From the NCBI RefSeq assembly GCF_963676685.1, contig NC_092352.1, forward strand, positions 17,050,001 through 17,114,000: a stretch of 64,000 nt of DNA, given 5' to 3'. The translations under genes were made by a program, and so were the position numbers. Under the pieces are notes generated by a model, which was not told the origin of the DNA, did no database searches, and was given only the letters and a program-made list of their open reading frames with translations. The DNA is from Mytilus edulis. Its lineage: Eukaryota. How positions within the stretch are numbered: position 1 is the first letter of the stretch; the number at the start of each line of letters is the position of its first letter. Shown here piece by piece: positions 1-14,300 of the stretch.

Positions 1-192
1 CAATCATGATACAAATCAATTTTAAAGTTTTCCTTATTGTTTCAGATGCCTTTTATAGGTCCATTAAGGCCGGTCTAATATTTATATAACTTTTTAATTT
101 CATGGGACCAATTCAATTTCCTTTATTTCTCCACCATTTCACATTGTACTGCCAATCTCCAAAATTGTAATAACTGCTCCTATCCATCATGG

Positions 193-256
193 TAGTTATT
201 GAAATCCTGCCTTTAATCACAGTCTAGTTATTGAAATCCTGCCTTTAATCACAGTC
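193..256. repeat. Perfect 32-bp tandem duplication
   Basis: tagttattgaaatcctgcctttaatcacagtc occurs twice back to back (193-224, 225-256). Confidence 0.95.
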
Positions 257-3200
257 AACTTCTAATGTTTAACTTCCATGTGAAGGTAGAAAATTAATTA
301 TTCCCCTGACACAATATTACTCATTAATTATCACATTACTATCAAAAACTTTTCATTTATACTCCTAATGTTTGTAGTAAATCATCCTTCAGACCAATAA
401 TATTGTCCTTAAAATCGATATATTGCTTCCTATTCTGTTTATTTTTCACCATTTTTAATATGGCAATTAAAATCTTTTCAATAAATAATAGCCATTGCCT
501 TTTAGCTACTGTGCAATTTACATACTCTATCTAATGAAGCTTTGTATCTTTTTTTTCTTCTATAAATTCAAAGAGATAATTGTTGATGACATGTTATCTT
601 CCTTTCATTAAACAGGACTGCTAACAAATCTATTAATTAATATCTTTTCCATAATTTACAACTCAATTAAACTATTTTGGTTCCATGAAATTTGGTTTAC
701 TTTTTTTTTATGAAATACCTATTAATAAAACCTAGAAAACATCTGACCGGTCATCATGATGACTTAAATATTCAGATAAGATCATAATACACTCTCTAAC
801 ACTTATACTTTATTAATTTGTCAGAACTCAAGATCCTGTTTTATAATATTTAAAGGCTATTGAATCAATCTAACAGGGTTTTTCCAACTCTTTATAAATA
901 TTTTAAATTCTATAAATGAATATAATTTCAAGCACTGAGTTTCCACCAAGATGGACAGATAACATTGGTCAAGCAGGTGTTTGTGAGATGATGCATAATG
1001 GTCTATTCTGTCAGGTGAACATGAATATAATTATTATATACCCATAACATTTGCTGTGGCCAATGGTATTAGGGGGTTTTAATGATTCACAGTACAATAA
1101 CTTGTCAGATTGGCTTTCAGTATTTGATCCCTATCAGAAGGAACAATCCTACAAATTCTGTCAACAACCTGTGTTAATGTGCTGACCATAATATCAAATT
1201 GCCCTTGCTCTTTGGTGACCCCATCATATATGAGAAAGCAGAAAACATTCATGACCACACAAAAAGTACTATATTTTCAGACTAAAATGATACGATTCAT
1301 AACTTATACCTATTCATAAACATTTTTGTAATTTATACAATAAGTATAATGAAGGTAATAATCATAAATTTTATGACAGTTCGTTCATATTCCTTAGTGT
1401 TTGTTCAGGTGTAATTTATCATAAACTAATAAAGACCTCAATTTACGAAAAGTGCTTTCAAGAAATCTTCCTTTTACTGCCATGTGGCTTAGATATCGGA
1501 AAGTGATTAGAAAGCACTCATTGTTTGATATTAGATTTTAATATGTAACATTAAGTAGACCTTGTTTACCTAATGTTTTGAGGAAAAAATTTATAGACCT
1601 GTAGTTATATATATTGGTAATAAAATAAGTCAATAAATGGTACCATAAATTATCTCCCCTTATCTCTTAGATACTGCAAATCAATGGTGAAACTTCAAAA
1701 TTGGCTGGCATTATATGTGTAATAAAAGTCCTCTGGACAGATGTAAACATTTTAAACGGCACTTACTTAGAAACAAATTGAAACCTTTGCCCTTTATCGT
1801 TTAAAGATAAAATATTGTATGAAAATATTGACCGAGATTGAATCCTTCCCCATAATTCCTAAAGGTTCATGAAACCAAAGAGGAAATATGAAGGTATTAA
1901 AAATACTAATGATATAACTTCAAGTAAATTTGTGTAAAAAAGTAATATATTAAGGTGTGTGGATATCGGCTGATCACCAACCTTCCCAAACTTTAAGTGA
2001 AAGAGTGATTTACAAATTTATTGGTTATGAATTTAAAATATACAATGACAACGCCTTAAACTAAATACAAAGAACTGTTTAAAAATTGAGACAATCTCTG
2101 AAATAAATATTTCATTTTGACACTGTTATCATTACTATTCCACTGTCTTTTCACATTCTTGGTTTATTAATTACTTCCAAAAAGTAATGAAATATATATA
2201 TAATTCTTTAATAAGTCATAGATCTGTCTAACTATTCAACTTGTAACTGTCAAATTTATTTAAAATTGTGAACTGAAAACAATAGCTACGATCCTATCTA
2301 CTGTCAAAAGTCAATCAGACATTTGAACAAGCTTTACACCACTTTTATATGGCTAACAAAAGTCTGACCCACTTTGCCTTTGTGTTAAAAAGAGGTGTTT
2401 GGAAAGATTGGGATCTCTAATTATTCAAGGCACAAACATTTTAAAATTTACCACTCAAATTTTTGGCTTGCACGCAACCTAAAATTATTCATCGAATTAC
2501 ATGTCGATTTGTAAGTTGACATCCTATATCCAAGTACATGTACTGTCCTAGTCAAATCTATATCACTGGTAGTTTCTTTTCAATAATTTTTTGATGTTAC
2601 TTAGATGTATCTAATTTTCAACTTTCTTAAGATTCCATTTGTTTATCTAAAGAATACCCATCCATTATATAGAAACATAAATATGTTGTAAAATTCTCAT
2701 TAAATTTGATTGTTTGTTAGTTTAAATGGCATTTTCCCATTATCTGAAGCAGAAGAAAATATTTACCTATGTAAAAGTGAAAGTTCTGTTAGTCTGAAGT
2801 TATTACTTATACAACAACACAACAAACTTAGCTCTCCTTATCCATATAATAATGTTGAATTGTTTCAAAATTCTGAGTTAGAGAACCCCCAAATATTTTT
2901 GAATATTTCACATTAAGTTCAAACAAACTTTCATCATACTTTACATTTCAAATCTGGCAATCTTCTTTCATTATTTTATTCCATATCAAATAAGCTTTTT
3001 TTTTTTTTTTTTTTTTTAAATAAATAGACATCTAAATTCCTATTTTGTATTTGTTGTTGGGTTGCCGTTTCATTGACCTAAACTCAACATTTCTTTTGTT
3101 GCATAGATTATCTGTAACAATTTCAACCAACATCAATTATCTACCTTTACCTTTATAAATGAGTTTTTTTTCAACAGGTAATTTGAATATAAGTTTCATT

Positions 3201-6200
3201 ACTTCAATATGAAATATCAAAAACAATATGGTTATTCAAATATGTTGACAGACAAGATAAATTATAGCTTCCCTGCTTTGAAGCAGACTATATCTCCTAG
3301 CAGATTGGAATTATGGGTAATCTTATACTGAGGCAATTGTCAGCAGACCATTAAATTAAGTTTAAGGTTACAAAACAGTTAAATACTAAAATAAAAGAGA
3401 ATCAAGAGGCAAGTGGTGGACATCGACATAATTTGTTAAAAAAAGAAATTCTCAATAGTCAGCTCAGATACCCTGCAAAAATATGACCATTTTACAACTA
3501 TACTATTCAAGTTTTCAATCAGACCTTACAATCAAACTGATAATCACTTGTATGAGAGTGAGACAAGATATTGTTACATTGATTCAGACCCCCATTAGAA
3601 AAAAAAAGTTTGCAATAAATATTTATAGGTAGATTTTTGTATCTTAATTGCTTAGCTAAATAGTATATATTTTTTAGCAAAGTTCCAAAGAATTCACAGA
3701 AATATTTATAGAAATGCAACACAAACAATCCAATAGTCCTTCACAAAGTGGAAACAAATGCTAAGTATACAAGGAAATTCAATTTAGGTGATACCAGAGC
3801 TGAAGTTAGCATAACACCAGAAACAACTAAATCTAATGACAGTTTGTCAAAATTTGACAGATCAACATAGGATCCTGATGGGATACAATGTTTCTAAATA
3901 ATACCTAATTTCAAAGATTTTATCCTCTACAAGTTGGAGGTTGTGTCTTAATGAAGACCCTGCTGGTTTGAAATAAATGATTGCATTTGTTATATTTCAC
4001 AGGAGGAAAGAAAAATGGCAAAGATTTTAACTGTTTCTTATCATGAGAAAGGAATTAAAGTATTATGTAGCCTTGAACTTTTTGTGGTTATAAAAAGATA
4101 GCATGGCCTCATTATTCCAGTTTATCAAACTTAATGTTGTATCAAAAGATCAAATCTGCACCCTTAGTTGTAATATTGTCCAGTATGACAGTGCTGTATG
4201 AATTCTCAGACTTGTGCCATCTTGTTCATATCAAACACAAACCTCCCTTCAATTACAGCACTTATTTATCGGCAGCACTTGCGTTAACAGTTATGGACAA
4301 AACCTATTACATATCCATTGTAAAATATCTTTATACTGCCTAGATATGTTCTGGGCGAATAAATTGTATATTAAACTGATATTAAAGCACATGTTTTTCA
4401 TTAATGTTAAGCCTGAATACCACATGAATCTGAATATATTTTAGTATGTAAATCTGCTTAAATTAACCATAAAAACATCAAAGAGATTCTCTAATAGTTA
4501 CATGGCTGTATCGTTTGTTCTATTTCTCAATGGAATCTACCCCCTATCAATTCCTTAGGCAGTCAACATTTAAAGTCCTTTGACCAAAACCACTGAATAT
4601 TTGTAACACATCATCAAGTGTTAGGAGATTTCAGTATGACCTTTATAACCTTATCAATATAATGCCTATTCAGTTTAGCCATCTGTAGGTTTGAAGAAAC
4701 AAATCTTATAAACCCAAATCTGGAATTTTTATAAACAAAAAGTTTTGACAGTAGCATGTTTATGTAGATGTTATGTAAAAATCTATGTGACATTTTACAA
4801 GTCATTGTCAGACTGTCAGATTAAACATTGTCTTAAAATTTAAATTGCAATCAGACATTTTGAATTGCTACATCATTCTAGATATTACCTTATCACAATA
4901 CCATATATACATAAAGCCAAGAGTTCCAACTCTAAAACACTAACCCATTGTCTTAAAGTCTGATTTTTGTCCAGATGTATTTTCATTTGTGACTTTAGTG
5001 TCAATTGGCGTGGAAAATATTGTAAATATGTCTATCAACCATTGATGCAGGGTAAATTCTGACCTTACTATGTAAAAAAGAATATCATACATAAGTACCT
5101 GAATATTCCCTGCAGTAACAGCAGACAGGAATCCAGTCAGATGACAGTCAGTGGTAAACTGTTCCCGGGTGACTATTAAACCTAACAACTTTTGGTGTAG
5201 ACAAAATGACTATACCAACTGTAACTAATACACAAGTTTAACCATTAAAAAAGGTTAATAAGCAAGATTATTTACTGTAAACAAACAAAAGAGCTAGATT
5301 TTTCACATAGTTAGAGACCTTGCTTACTTCAGAATATTATCTTTCAAACAATTTTCCAATAAATATTATTTTTGTAAGAATAAACTCATAACATGATGAA
5401 ATAAAGATTAGTTTACTTAATGTGCAAAATATGACCATTCCCTAGGGTCACTGTGACATAAGAAGTAAAGCACTAAATCAGTCAAGTCAGGAAATCCCAA
5501 CCTTCTTGGAGTATTATATCTGCTTTTATATCAAATTTACACAATATTTTCTGACAAATTACAGCGATATTGGTAGATATAGTATGCTAACTCAGGCAGA
5601 TATTGTACAAAATGGCAAAACCAGAACCTTGTTGTCTCCCATTAATCCCAAGGTACAACTTATCATGCTTTACTGAAATATGGCAATTACTGAGTCCTTA
5701 GGGACAGCAAACTACAAAGAATTAAGGCATCTGAAACCGCTATTTGAATTACATACTGTAATCAAAGCATTGAGAAATCTTCCACAGTAAAATTCTACAT
5801 TGAACATCAATTTCCAATATGTTTGTGGAATGTTTTGTAAAACAATTAAGTTTGGAATAACGAAAACACACTCGACCTAAAGAAATTCTACTAAATAAAC
5901 TTTGCCTGGTGTATGATAATTCTATAGAGTTATGTTTACTCTGATTGGGGTTACAGATTTATACAACTGCCAATACATTCTCCAATAATATGAACCCAAC
6001 ATATGTTGTGCACTCTTAATCATCAACTAATTGCTTATACCCTGTAAATCCTTAAATACCTACACTAAAGATCTCTCCCCCACTCTTTGACTTGTAAGTT
6101 TCAAATATCACTGACCTGTAGACTACAATACCATACCATTAGACAACTTTTGTATTAGCCCATAGAGATTGGAGATCTTTCACAAAAGACTTCAGATGAA

Positions 6201-7360
6201 ATGTCCAGACAGCATTAATGTTAGGAAATTTACCTTAATATTTATAAAAATAATGATAAAGTATTTTTTCCAGAGCATGTGCAATGCCATGCTAATTTTA
6301 ACGTAATTTCCCCTCTTTTGTTTCAATACTATTGGTACGTAAAATGCTCTCCTTCAAATTTAACAGTTATACTTTCATGCATACAGGACTTACGTATATA
6401 ATTATCTATAACATAATCAATTACTTAGATGTAAACAATACATTTATTTGATAAACAGTTCAATTTGAATATTTATCACACTAATGTTTATTGATGGTCA
6501 CATTCCTGTGTCCAGGTGGTCATTACCCCTTATCTAAATATAACTGTGTCATGCTGACAGGGCAAAACAAATGTCATTTAATCCTTTAGTTTTAGTTACT
6601 CTTTTATCTTTCACTATCATCAAGTCTTTAGGATCATGTCACTATAACAATCCAATTTTCTTATAAGATAGTGTTTTCCTTTTACAGGCATATATGGTAT
6701 AAATGTGCTTGGGCCAACAAACTGTTTTACTGTAAGGCTTTTCGAACTTATCATTTCTTGGCGTCATTTAGAGCTTATTCTTATGTGCTGCTGAAGTTCC
6801 CTTATAGGAACATACCATATAGTGAGCGACAGTTGTTGCCCTAAAGACTTTTCCTCAACTGACATGATCTAATTACCAAAATCAAATATTCATCTACCGG
6901 TAGACCCCCAGCTATCTCTTTCTTGTTTAATTTCAACTGAAACTACATCAAAGCATAATAGAAGTCAAGAATATTTTCCTGCATCTTTTAAAGTAATTTC
7001 AATGTATCAAAGACAAGTTAGGTATAATTTAATAAGACAGTGAACCAAAATATAAACATAACATGTCCCCAGAAAGCATATATTGTCCTGCAATTCCCAT
7101 TTTCCAAAAAAAAAACATGGGACTTGCAATATTTACACTTTACGAAAAAGTTAAGCATCACTGAGCTTTAAATAGTCATATCTCAATAAAGTAGAAAGGC
7201 AACTTTCGACAACTTATATGATATATTTATCACACTAAAATACACCTTTTTCACAGTGTATATGTTAGATATACATGAAATCCAATATTATATAAACAAT
7301 GATTATTCTCTCATTATGCAAAAGCAATCAGGTATATAGGTCCCAAGTCAACATAACTTA

Positions 7361-8310
7361 CAGCTTTTACATTAATGCTAGCAAGACAAATCTTTGTTTG
7401 GCTTGCTTGCTTTGTTTGTATCAGTGATTGCTCAAGCATGGTAATTAAGAAAGGCGGGGCTTCAGCTTGTATACATCATACTTAGATTTTATTGGACATT
7501 ATATGTCTGAGGTTAAGGACACTTAATTTTAAAACATCACATGACAAATACACTTTTTTCTTGTACGAGGCTGAGAAACTGGCCTTCAACATTAATTGAC
7601 TTAAAATTAATATTGTTTTTATAACATATCAATCTATTAGTTCAGTCAGTTATTTCCATGTCTGTCCTTCGATTATGAAACTCCAGAAAATATTCTAAAA
7701 AATGGGAAACAATTGTATTGAAAAGAGAAAATCGAGTGCACCTTTTTTTATGTTAGGGTGTGTTTGAGATGAATATTTTGTCTTGAAAATGTACAAAACA
7801 AGAGTATTTGATACATCATCTCGCTTCAGACTCTATCATTTTATATAGCAAAGCTACAGGTTGACTTTATAACATAAAAAAAATCACAGTACTAAAAGAT
7901 GAAATATAGGGGTCAAGTGAAATACCTATCCAATGGATCACAAAATCAGAGTAGGTGTGTTCGAATAGCTATTTTACTAAAAGTGCTTGACGACAGTCTT
8001 TAAGTTGGATCTCTGAAAAAAAAATGTTTTCCGTTTCTACGATTGTGAAAATGAACAGATAAGTTCGACGAAGTAGAATCCTGTCTGTATTGTATATTTA
8101 CAGGTAAGGAAACATGTGAGAATATGTGTCATGTGATGTTTTAAAATTTAGTGTCCTTAACCTCCAACATAACGTCCAATAAAATTTAAGTATGATGTAT
8201 GCAAGCTGAAGCCCCGCCTATCTTAATTACCATGCTTGAGCAAACATTGATACAAACAAAGCAAGCAAGCCAAACAAAGATTTGTCTTGCTAGCATTATT
8301 GTAAAAGCTG
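7361..8310. mobile_element. 950-bp non-autonomous DNA transposon (MITE), Tc1/mariner-like ends
   Basis: ~190-bp terminal inverted repeats (7361-7550 / 8123-8310) starting CAGCTTTTAC and ending GTAAAAGCTG, flanked by TA on both sides. No transposase ORF. Confidence 0.92.
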
Positions 8311-11300
8311 TAATTTACTCCTAATTTAAATGTTTGTAGATAATTAAATACAATGAATGGTTAATTAATGAACTTAGAGATAAGATAAGTAAGGTTGGTG
8401 GGAAGAGATGGGTAGATATTGCACACCTGTGCAGGTAAGTTTAGTTCAGGTAAGGGAGATGACACCAGATAACAACCTGCCACCTGTATTACTTAGGTAC
8501 TTATATGATGAAGATGTTCAATTCAGATGTCTACCTATCTTATGATGATGTATGTCCATGTTTTAGTTATAATGGAAAGTTTGACACAGAAATCATTGAT
8601 TGGTGTATGCAAATGGAAAAGACCATTAAAGGTGCTTTTTACCAACTGATTAAATGTTTAAATCTGCACCTTACCATAAAAACAAAACGCCAACTTACCA
8701 TGAAAACGAAACCCAACCGTTTTATTTTATTCATACACTAGTCAACCATTTATTGGTTCAAATGTTTACATATATTGAGAATACTTGCCAAATAAGTATT
8801 GCCAAAGTGCAGTATTTACAAAGAACTAATTTGTATCTCTGCAAAGTTAAAAATTGTACTTCCTCTTTTTTATTTCAGGGAGGGCCTACTTTTTGAAGTA
8901 TTCAAAAGTTGAGTTTGGCTGTAGTAAATCATTCCATCCATCTACATACTTAACAAACTATAATCTGCCAAAATGGTTGACAAATGAGGTTGTCACGTCC
9001 ATGGTCAGCCATATCAAATACACAAGTTACAAATGACCACTGTCAACTCTGTCAGATGTCAACAAATACACATTACATCAGTGACCAGAGTCAAGGTTAA
9101 AATAAAAAAACTTTCTTTTTCAAGTATTTCTTTTCAGTTTTTGTGTTTTTGCCTGCTATAAAAGGTATAATTTGATGACAACGACCATCAAACTTGACAA
9201 TGATGTCAAGGATGAAACAATTATTTCAAAATGTTATTTTCAGAGAAGACACATTTTTCAGAGAAGAGTTGAATCCAGAAACTCTGCATTTTAGCATTTA
9301 AAGGCATGTCCCACAAGATGCAGATAGCAGAAAGATAACATCCCTTGCTGACAGAGTCAGGGGTCCTAGCAGATAGCTCCAGCATTTTATAACTACCAGT
9401 TAGAAATTGAAAGAGCAGCAGGACCTAATTTACATGAGATCTTATATCATGCATATCTAACCCCATATCCTATCTTCCAGTTGTTGCAAAATATTCACTG
9501 AATCATTAACAAGTTTATTGTTAAAAGGCAATTTGAAAGTATCAGACACCATTAGCAAAGGCTACTAATGTTACATTAACTTTTTTAATTCATTTATGCA
9601 AATAATTGTTAAATGAAAATGATCTGAAGTTTGATTTTTAGCAAACATTAATTGCAATTATACGATAACTAATTTTGAAGAGTAAAAAGCATCATCGCTT
9701 AAAATACAGATTCAGATGCAGATAATGCTAAAGGTTTAAACATTTAAATGATGCAGATGTTCTCCCCAGGATTCCTTATTGCATATTCTCAAAATAAGAG
9801 TCAATGTTTTGTGCAATCAGCCTCAGTACCCCTGACAAGGAATCATTTGTGGATTTTTGTTATAATTAATAACAACTTAAAGACTTCTGAAAGAGCTACA
9901 ACAAGAGAAGAATGATCCCAGTAATTAATTGTTTGTTTGAATAATTAATCCTTAACCCAGACACAAAACCATCAGAACTGACCATCTGTAGTTCAGCCTG
10001 CTCAGCTGGTCAATCCATACTGACCAACATTCATCAGCTGATAAGGTTTGTTTATAGACCAGATTAGTTTGTCCACAACCCATTACATTAATTACAAAGA
10101 GATTGTATTAAGGAGGAGATAATTAACCAGAAATAAAGGTAACAAATACAACAGGATACCAGAACATGAATCACCTACTGGGACCCTCCTAGCTAATGTA
10201 AACAAACACTGTGTGCTCTTACCAGCTTAATCTTTAGTTTATAAACAGTCAAATTTATCATTTTTATCAAATTAGCATAAAAAGCTTGTTTTGACAGACA
10301 AGCCCACTCCAAATGAAAACTTTTAAATTCAAAACTCTCCAACCCTAATTCCGTGCATGTAAAAAGCAAATATTGGAATTTATCAACATATATACAATCA
10401 CTTTATGTAAATGCACTTTTCAATAAGGGTGATGTCAACTTTGATTTATAAGAGAGACTTCAAATATATTTTTAACCCATTTTAAAAATAAATATTTCCT
10501 TCAGACTTTAGTCAACAACTTTGAAGACAAATACTAAAAGGACCTTTAATTGCTCACTCTCCACAAACACCATACTAATTTACAGTTAGTGAGTATATGA
10601 AATTAGAGTATGTACTCACTATGTAGCAATAAGTTATTGCATGGAGATCACCCTAAAATCATTAACAGATGAACCATTGAACTTGTTATGTTTAGAACAG
10701 GCTCAGACACTTGGTCCCTCATCAATCATTTATAACTTTTTCCATCATTAGAAATTGTGCCTTTTTATTTAATAGTAGCTCATCTTCAACTTTATGTCAT
10801 CAGGGAATCATGTGATTGGATCAGTTCAAAAACTATCACTTAAATTACCATTAGTTTGCGACACTTTGTAATTAAGGATCCATCACTATATTGGTTTGGG
10901 AGTTTTCAGAGAAAAAATAACACAAAGGACATTTTTGGACAATAAGAACACTATGATGGTGATGAAGTAATGGCCTTCTTCTACATCAGCAATTTTTATA
11001 AAAGCTTAACCCTTTCATTTTAACTTTCAATGGGAAGTTTGTTGGAACACAAAAAATGAGGTATATAGAATAACTGAACCAAACTTCTCAGAAGAAATAT
11101 GTACTGACATTTTATAAAGTGCAGGAAACAATTCAGCTTAAGATTTTGTTTACCAAATACTATGGACAACATTAGGTGTCATCTTCTACCAAATTGTATG
11201 ACTATGGACAGCATTCAGTGTCAACCTATCCAAGTTATATCATCCACATGTTTGGTAAAGACAGATAAATTGTTATTGCAAACACTTCCATAATAAATGC

Positions 11301-14300
11301 TTATGATTATCCAACCTTTATAATATAATGATTTGTGGCTAATCAAGCAGAAATACATCAATAACTAATTGTTTTCACTGACAATAGAAATGGATAAATT
11401 TAAATGTGGATGACATTCAATTTAATCTGCATACAAGGTGACATTCAGTAAAACTTTCTGTCCTTACCATCTGTTCCTGTGATGGTGAACTTTCTCAGTT
11501 CTCCCATGATGGTACTGACTATCTGACAGGTCCAGTGAGAAACAAAAGGTGACAAAGTTGTAAATAGTTATTGGTGATCAATCATTGCACAACAGTTCAT
11601 CTCAAATTATATCATCTAATCCAGGATGCAATTTGCAGATTTTCTTTATAGCTTGCTACTCAATATTGACTAAAACCAAGTCATATCTTGCAATTAAAAT
11701 CAATCTTGTAATTTAATCCAGGGTTAACAGATAGTACAAAGTGTGTGAAATATTTATGTATAACAAAAAGTACTCAAAGTAAGATACCTGTCTGAAAGTA
11801 AGGTAGACAGACTGATCATCTTAACTCTTTGATATGGGTTTCATTTGAGAGGTCATGAACCATCAATGGACAATATACCTTAAGGAAGACAGAACTGTTG
11901 CAAGTTCTTGTGTAACCCACTTCTAAATACTTATCCATTAAAAATAGCAAATGGACTAATTAAACATCTGATTCCTGTTGAAAAAACTTATACATAAATG
12001 TTTATTTCGTCAATGTACTTCAGAAATGATCTTTATTGATAAACAAAAAAATAACTTTATTCATAAACCACATGTGTATAAATTCCACACACATTATAAA
12101 AATATCGGCCAATGTTTACATTTTTGAGAACTGATGTTCCGCTATTTTATCAAAGAAACAAAGAATGTCAGGTATTAACCAGGGATAAAATTTCAATCTG
12201 TTAAAATCCATGATGAGAGAATAATAATATAACTTTATCCAAAAATCAATATTGAAGATTATCAAATGTTCATATCAGAGCAGAAGACTGTCAGGGTCAT
12301 TAACTAACAAAGGAAGGTATTTGACCACAATTATGAAAACTTGACCAAATAACCTCTTGTCTTTCATGTTTAAGCAGATGGCAAGCAAATTTTATGAATG
12401 ACATTTTTTCAAGATGGTGCAAATTAGTTAAACTATTGCACCTGAATGGCAACCAGGAAGGCCACCGAAAACATATTTTGTGTTATATTGTCTTAGAAGT
12501 GAAGAAAAATAATTATTATGGTTCCATGTCTTCATCAGTCTTGTAAATTTGAAAATTACTGTGTTTCATTTCATGCAATTGTTGATCATTGAACTAAAAA
12601 TGTGGATGCAATAAATTAATGTTGAAAATGCTGAATGCTGATACATTGGATCAAGATTGAAAATGTTTTATTTACTGTAATGTCACAATTTTTTTTCATT
12701 GAGTGACAAAAAATGATTATAATCAACGTCAATGAAACTTAAAAAGAGTTTGTTCTGGCCTAAGAAGGGTGTTGGTTTGAATACAGAAAACTTCATTCAT
12801 TATTTAGAGATTCAATTAGTTGCATAATAATTATGCCTAACGTTTACAATACCCTGGTACATATCTTGTCAATGGTGCACTCAATAGCACGGGATTCTGT
12901 AACCAATTTTAAACACTTTCATTGAACAAGCACCTGCAAGGCTAACATGGAACGCCTTGATCTGCTCAGAATAGTTCAATACAAAATAGAACTCAAATTT
13001 TGAATCATTAGAGTCCTAAGTTTAATACGGACCTACAATTTTACTTTACTGGTATAATTTTCTGGGCGTACGACATGGAGAGGAGGAGGCGTCAACTCAG
13101 CAATACAATTGGTATTGACACAAAAAAAGACTTTGGCATAATGAAAAGGGCCCACACTAGTATAAGTAATCATCATTTAAAAAACTTACTTACTAGAAAA
13201 GAAACAGGTGTTTATAAAATTTCTATTGTATTGCTACTCTTTACCTTCTAAACACTGAAATCAGCAGGCATTTTTAACTAGAAGTATTATAAGCATTTGA
13301 AAAGCAGTTTAACCTCGATTGTTATATTCAATTCAGTATAAGATGAGACTGCAGCAGAGAGATAGAAATGAGAAATAGAAACTATGTAAATAGTAGAGAT
13401 ACAAGACTAAGATATCACTAAAGACCGTACATCAGATTAATCCCAAGGCAAACAAGTAACTTACTAAATATCAATATAGTAATCTATGGCATGGTGACCT
13501 TGATCAGTTAAGGGGTCATTTTCGGTAGATATAACCCTCCTAATTCTCATCTAATAGATCTATGGCAAGATTTCTCACACAAACCTGAAGGCCTGATGAA
13601 AGACTAAGTATTACTTTGTTTTTGTTCTGTCAAATTGGATATAAAAAGGGAGTGAAAGAAAGTGTGAGAACAGGAAGGCAGGAGAGGTTGACCTAACTTG
13701 TCATAGTATAAAGAACACTCAAAAGTTTGTCATTCTGCTGTAGATGCCCAAATAATCCAGTATATAATCTTAGAAAGGGTGTTTTTTGGGGGTCATGATG
13801 CCCTGGCTTTACATCTGAATCGTGACTTTAATGGTCAATCATTACTTTTTTGTTTTCATCTAAACCCCATTGAACCCTACCTTACCCTTGGCTACAGATG
13901 TGCTACATAACTGAAACATTGGGGAAATGGAAACAAATTCTTGTAAGAACTAAATTTTAATAGCCAAGGTTTCAATATAGTATACATAAACTAACTATGA
14001 TACCTAATATCCTTTGTTTTTCATAATGTATTCTTCTACCAGCAGGCAGTATACCACTACTAGCAAAACTAGCACAATGATTAGCAAGCATGTAACAGCC
14101 ATTAGAAAGACAGATGACAAAAATAACCTTTCAAATAACCCATTTCACTTTATCTGCTGTTTTTGTACTTTTTTCTTTGAGGTAATTTGCCTTAATTTCA
14201 TCAAATTAAGCTAAGGATAAAGTATGTGGTTAAGTCTTTTCAAACCTAGGTTAATGTAATTTTAAGTTGTGGAGACCCAAAAATGCACGACTGTTATCTT

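Noticed and set aside
3163-3183. Recursive-splice-like motif ttttttttcaacag|gtaatt (also tttacag|gtaagg near 8100)
   Set aside because: Both are on the plus strand, antisense to the inferred gene, and one lies inside a MITE.
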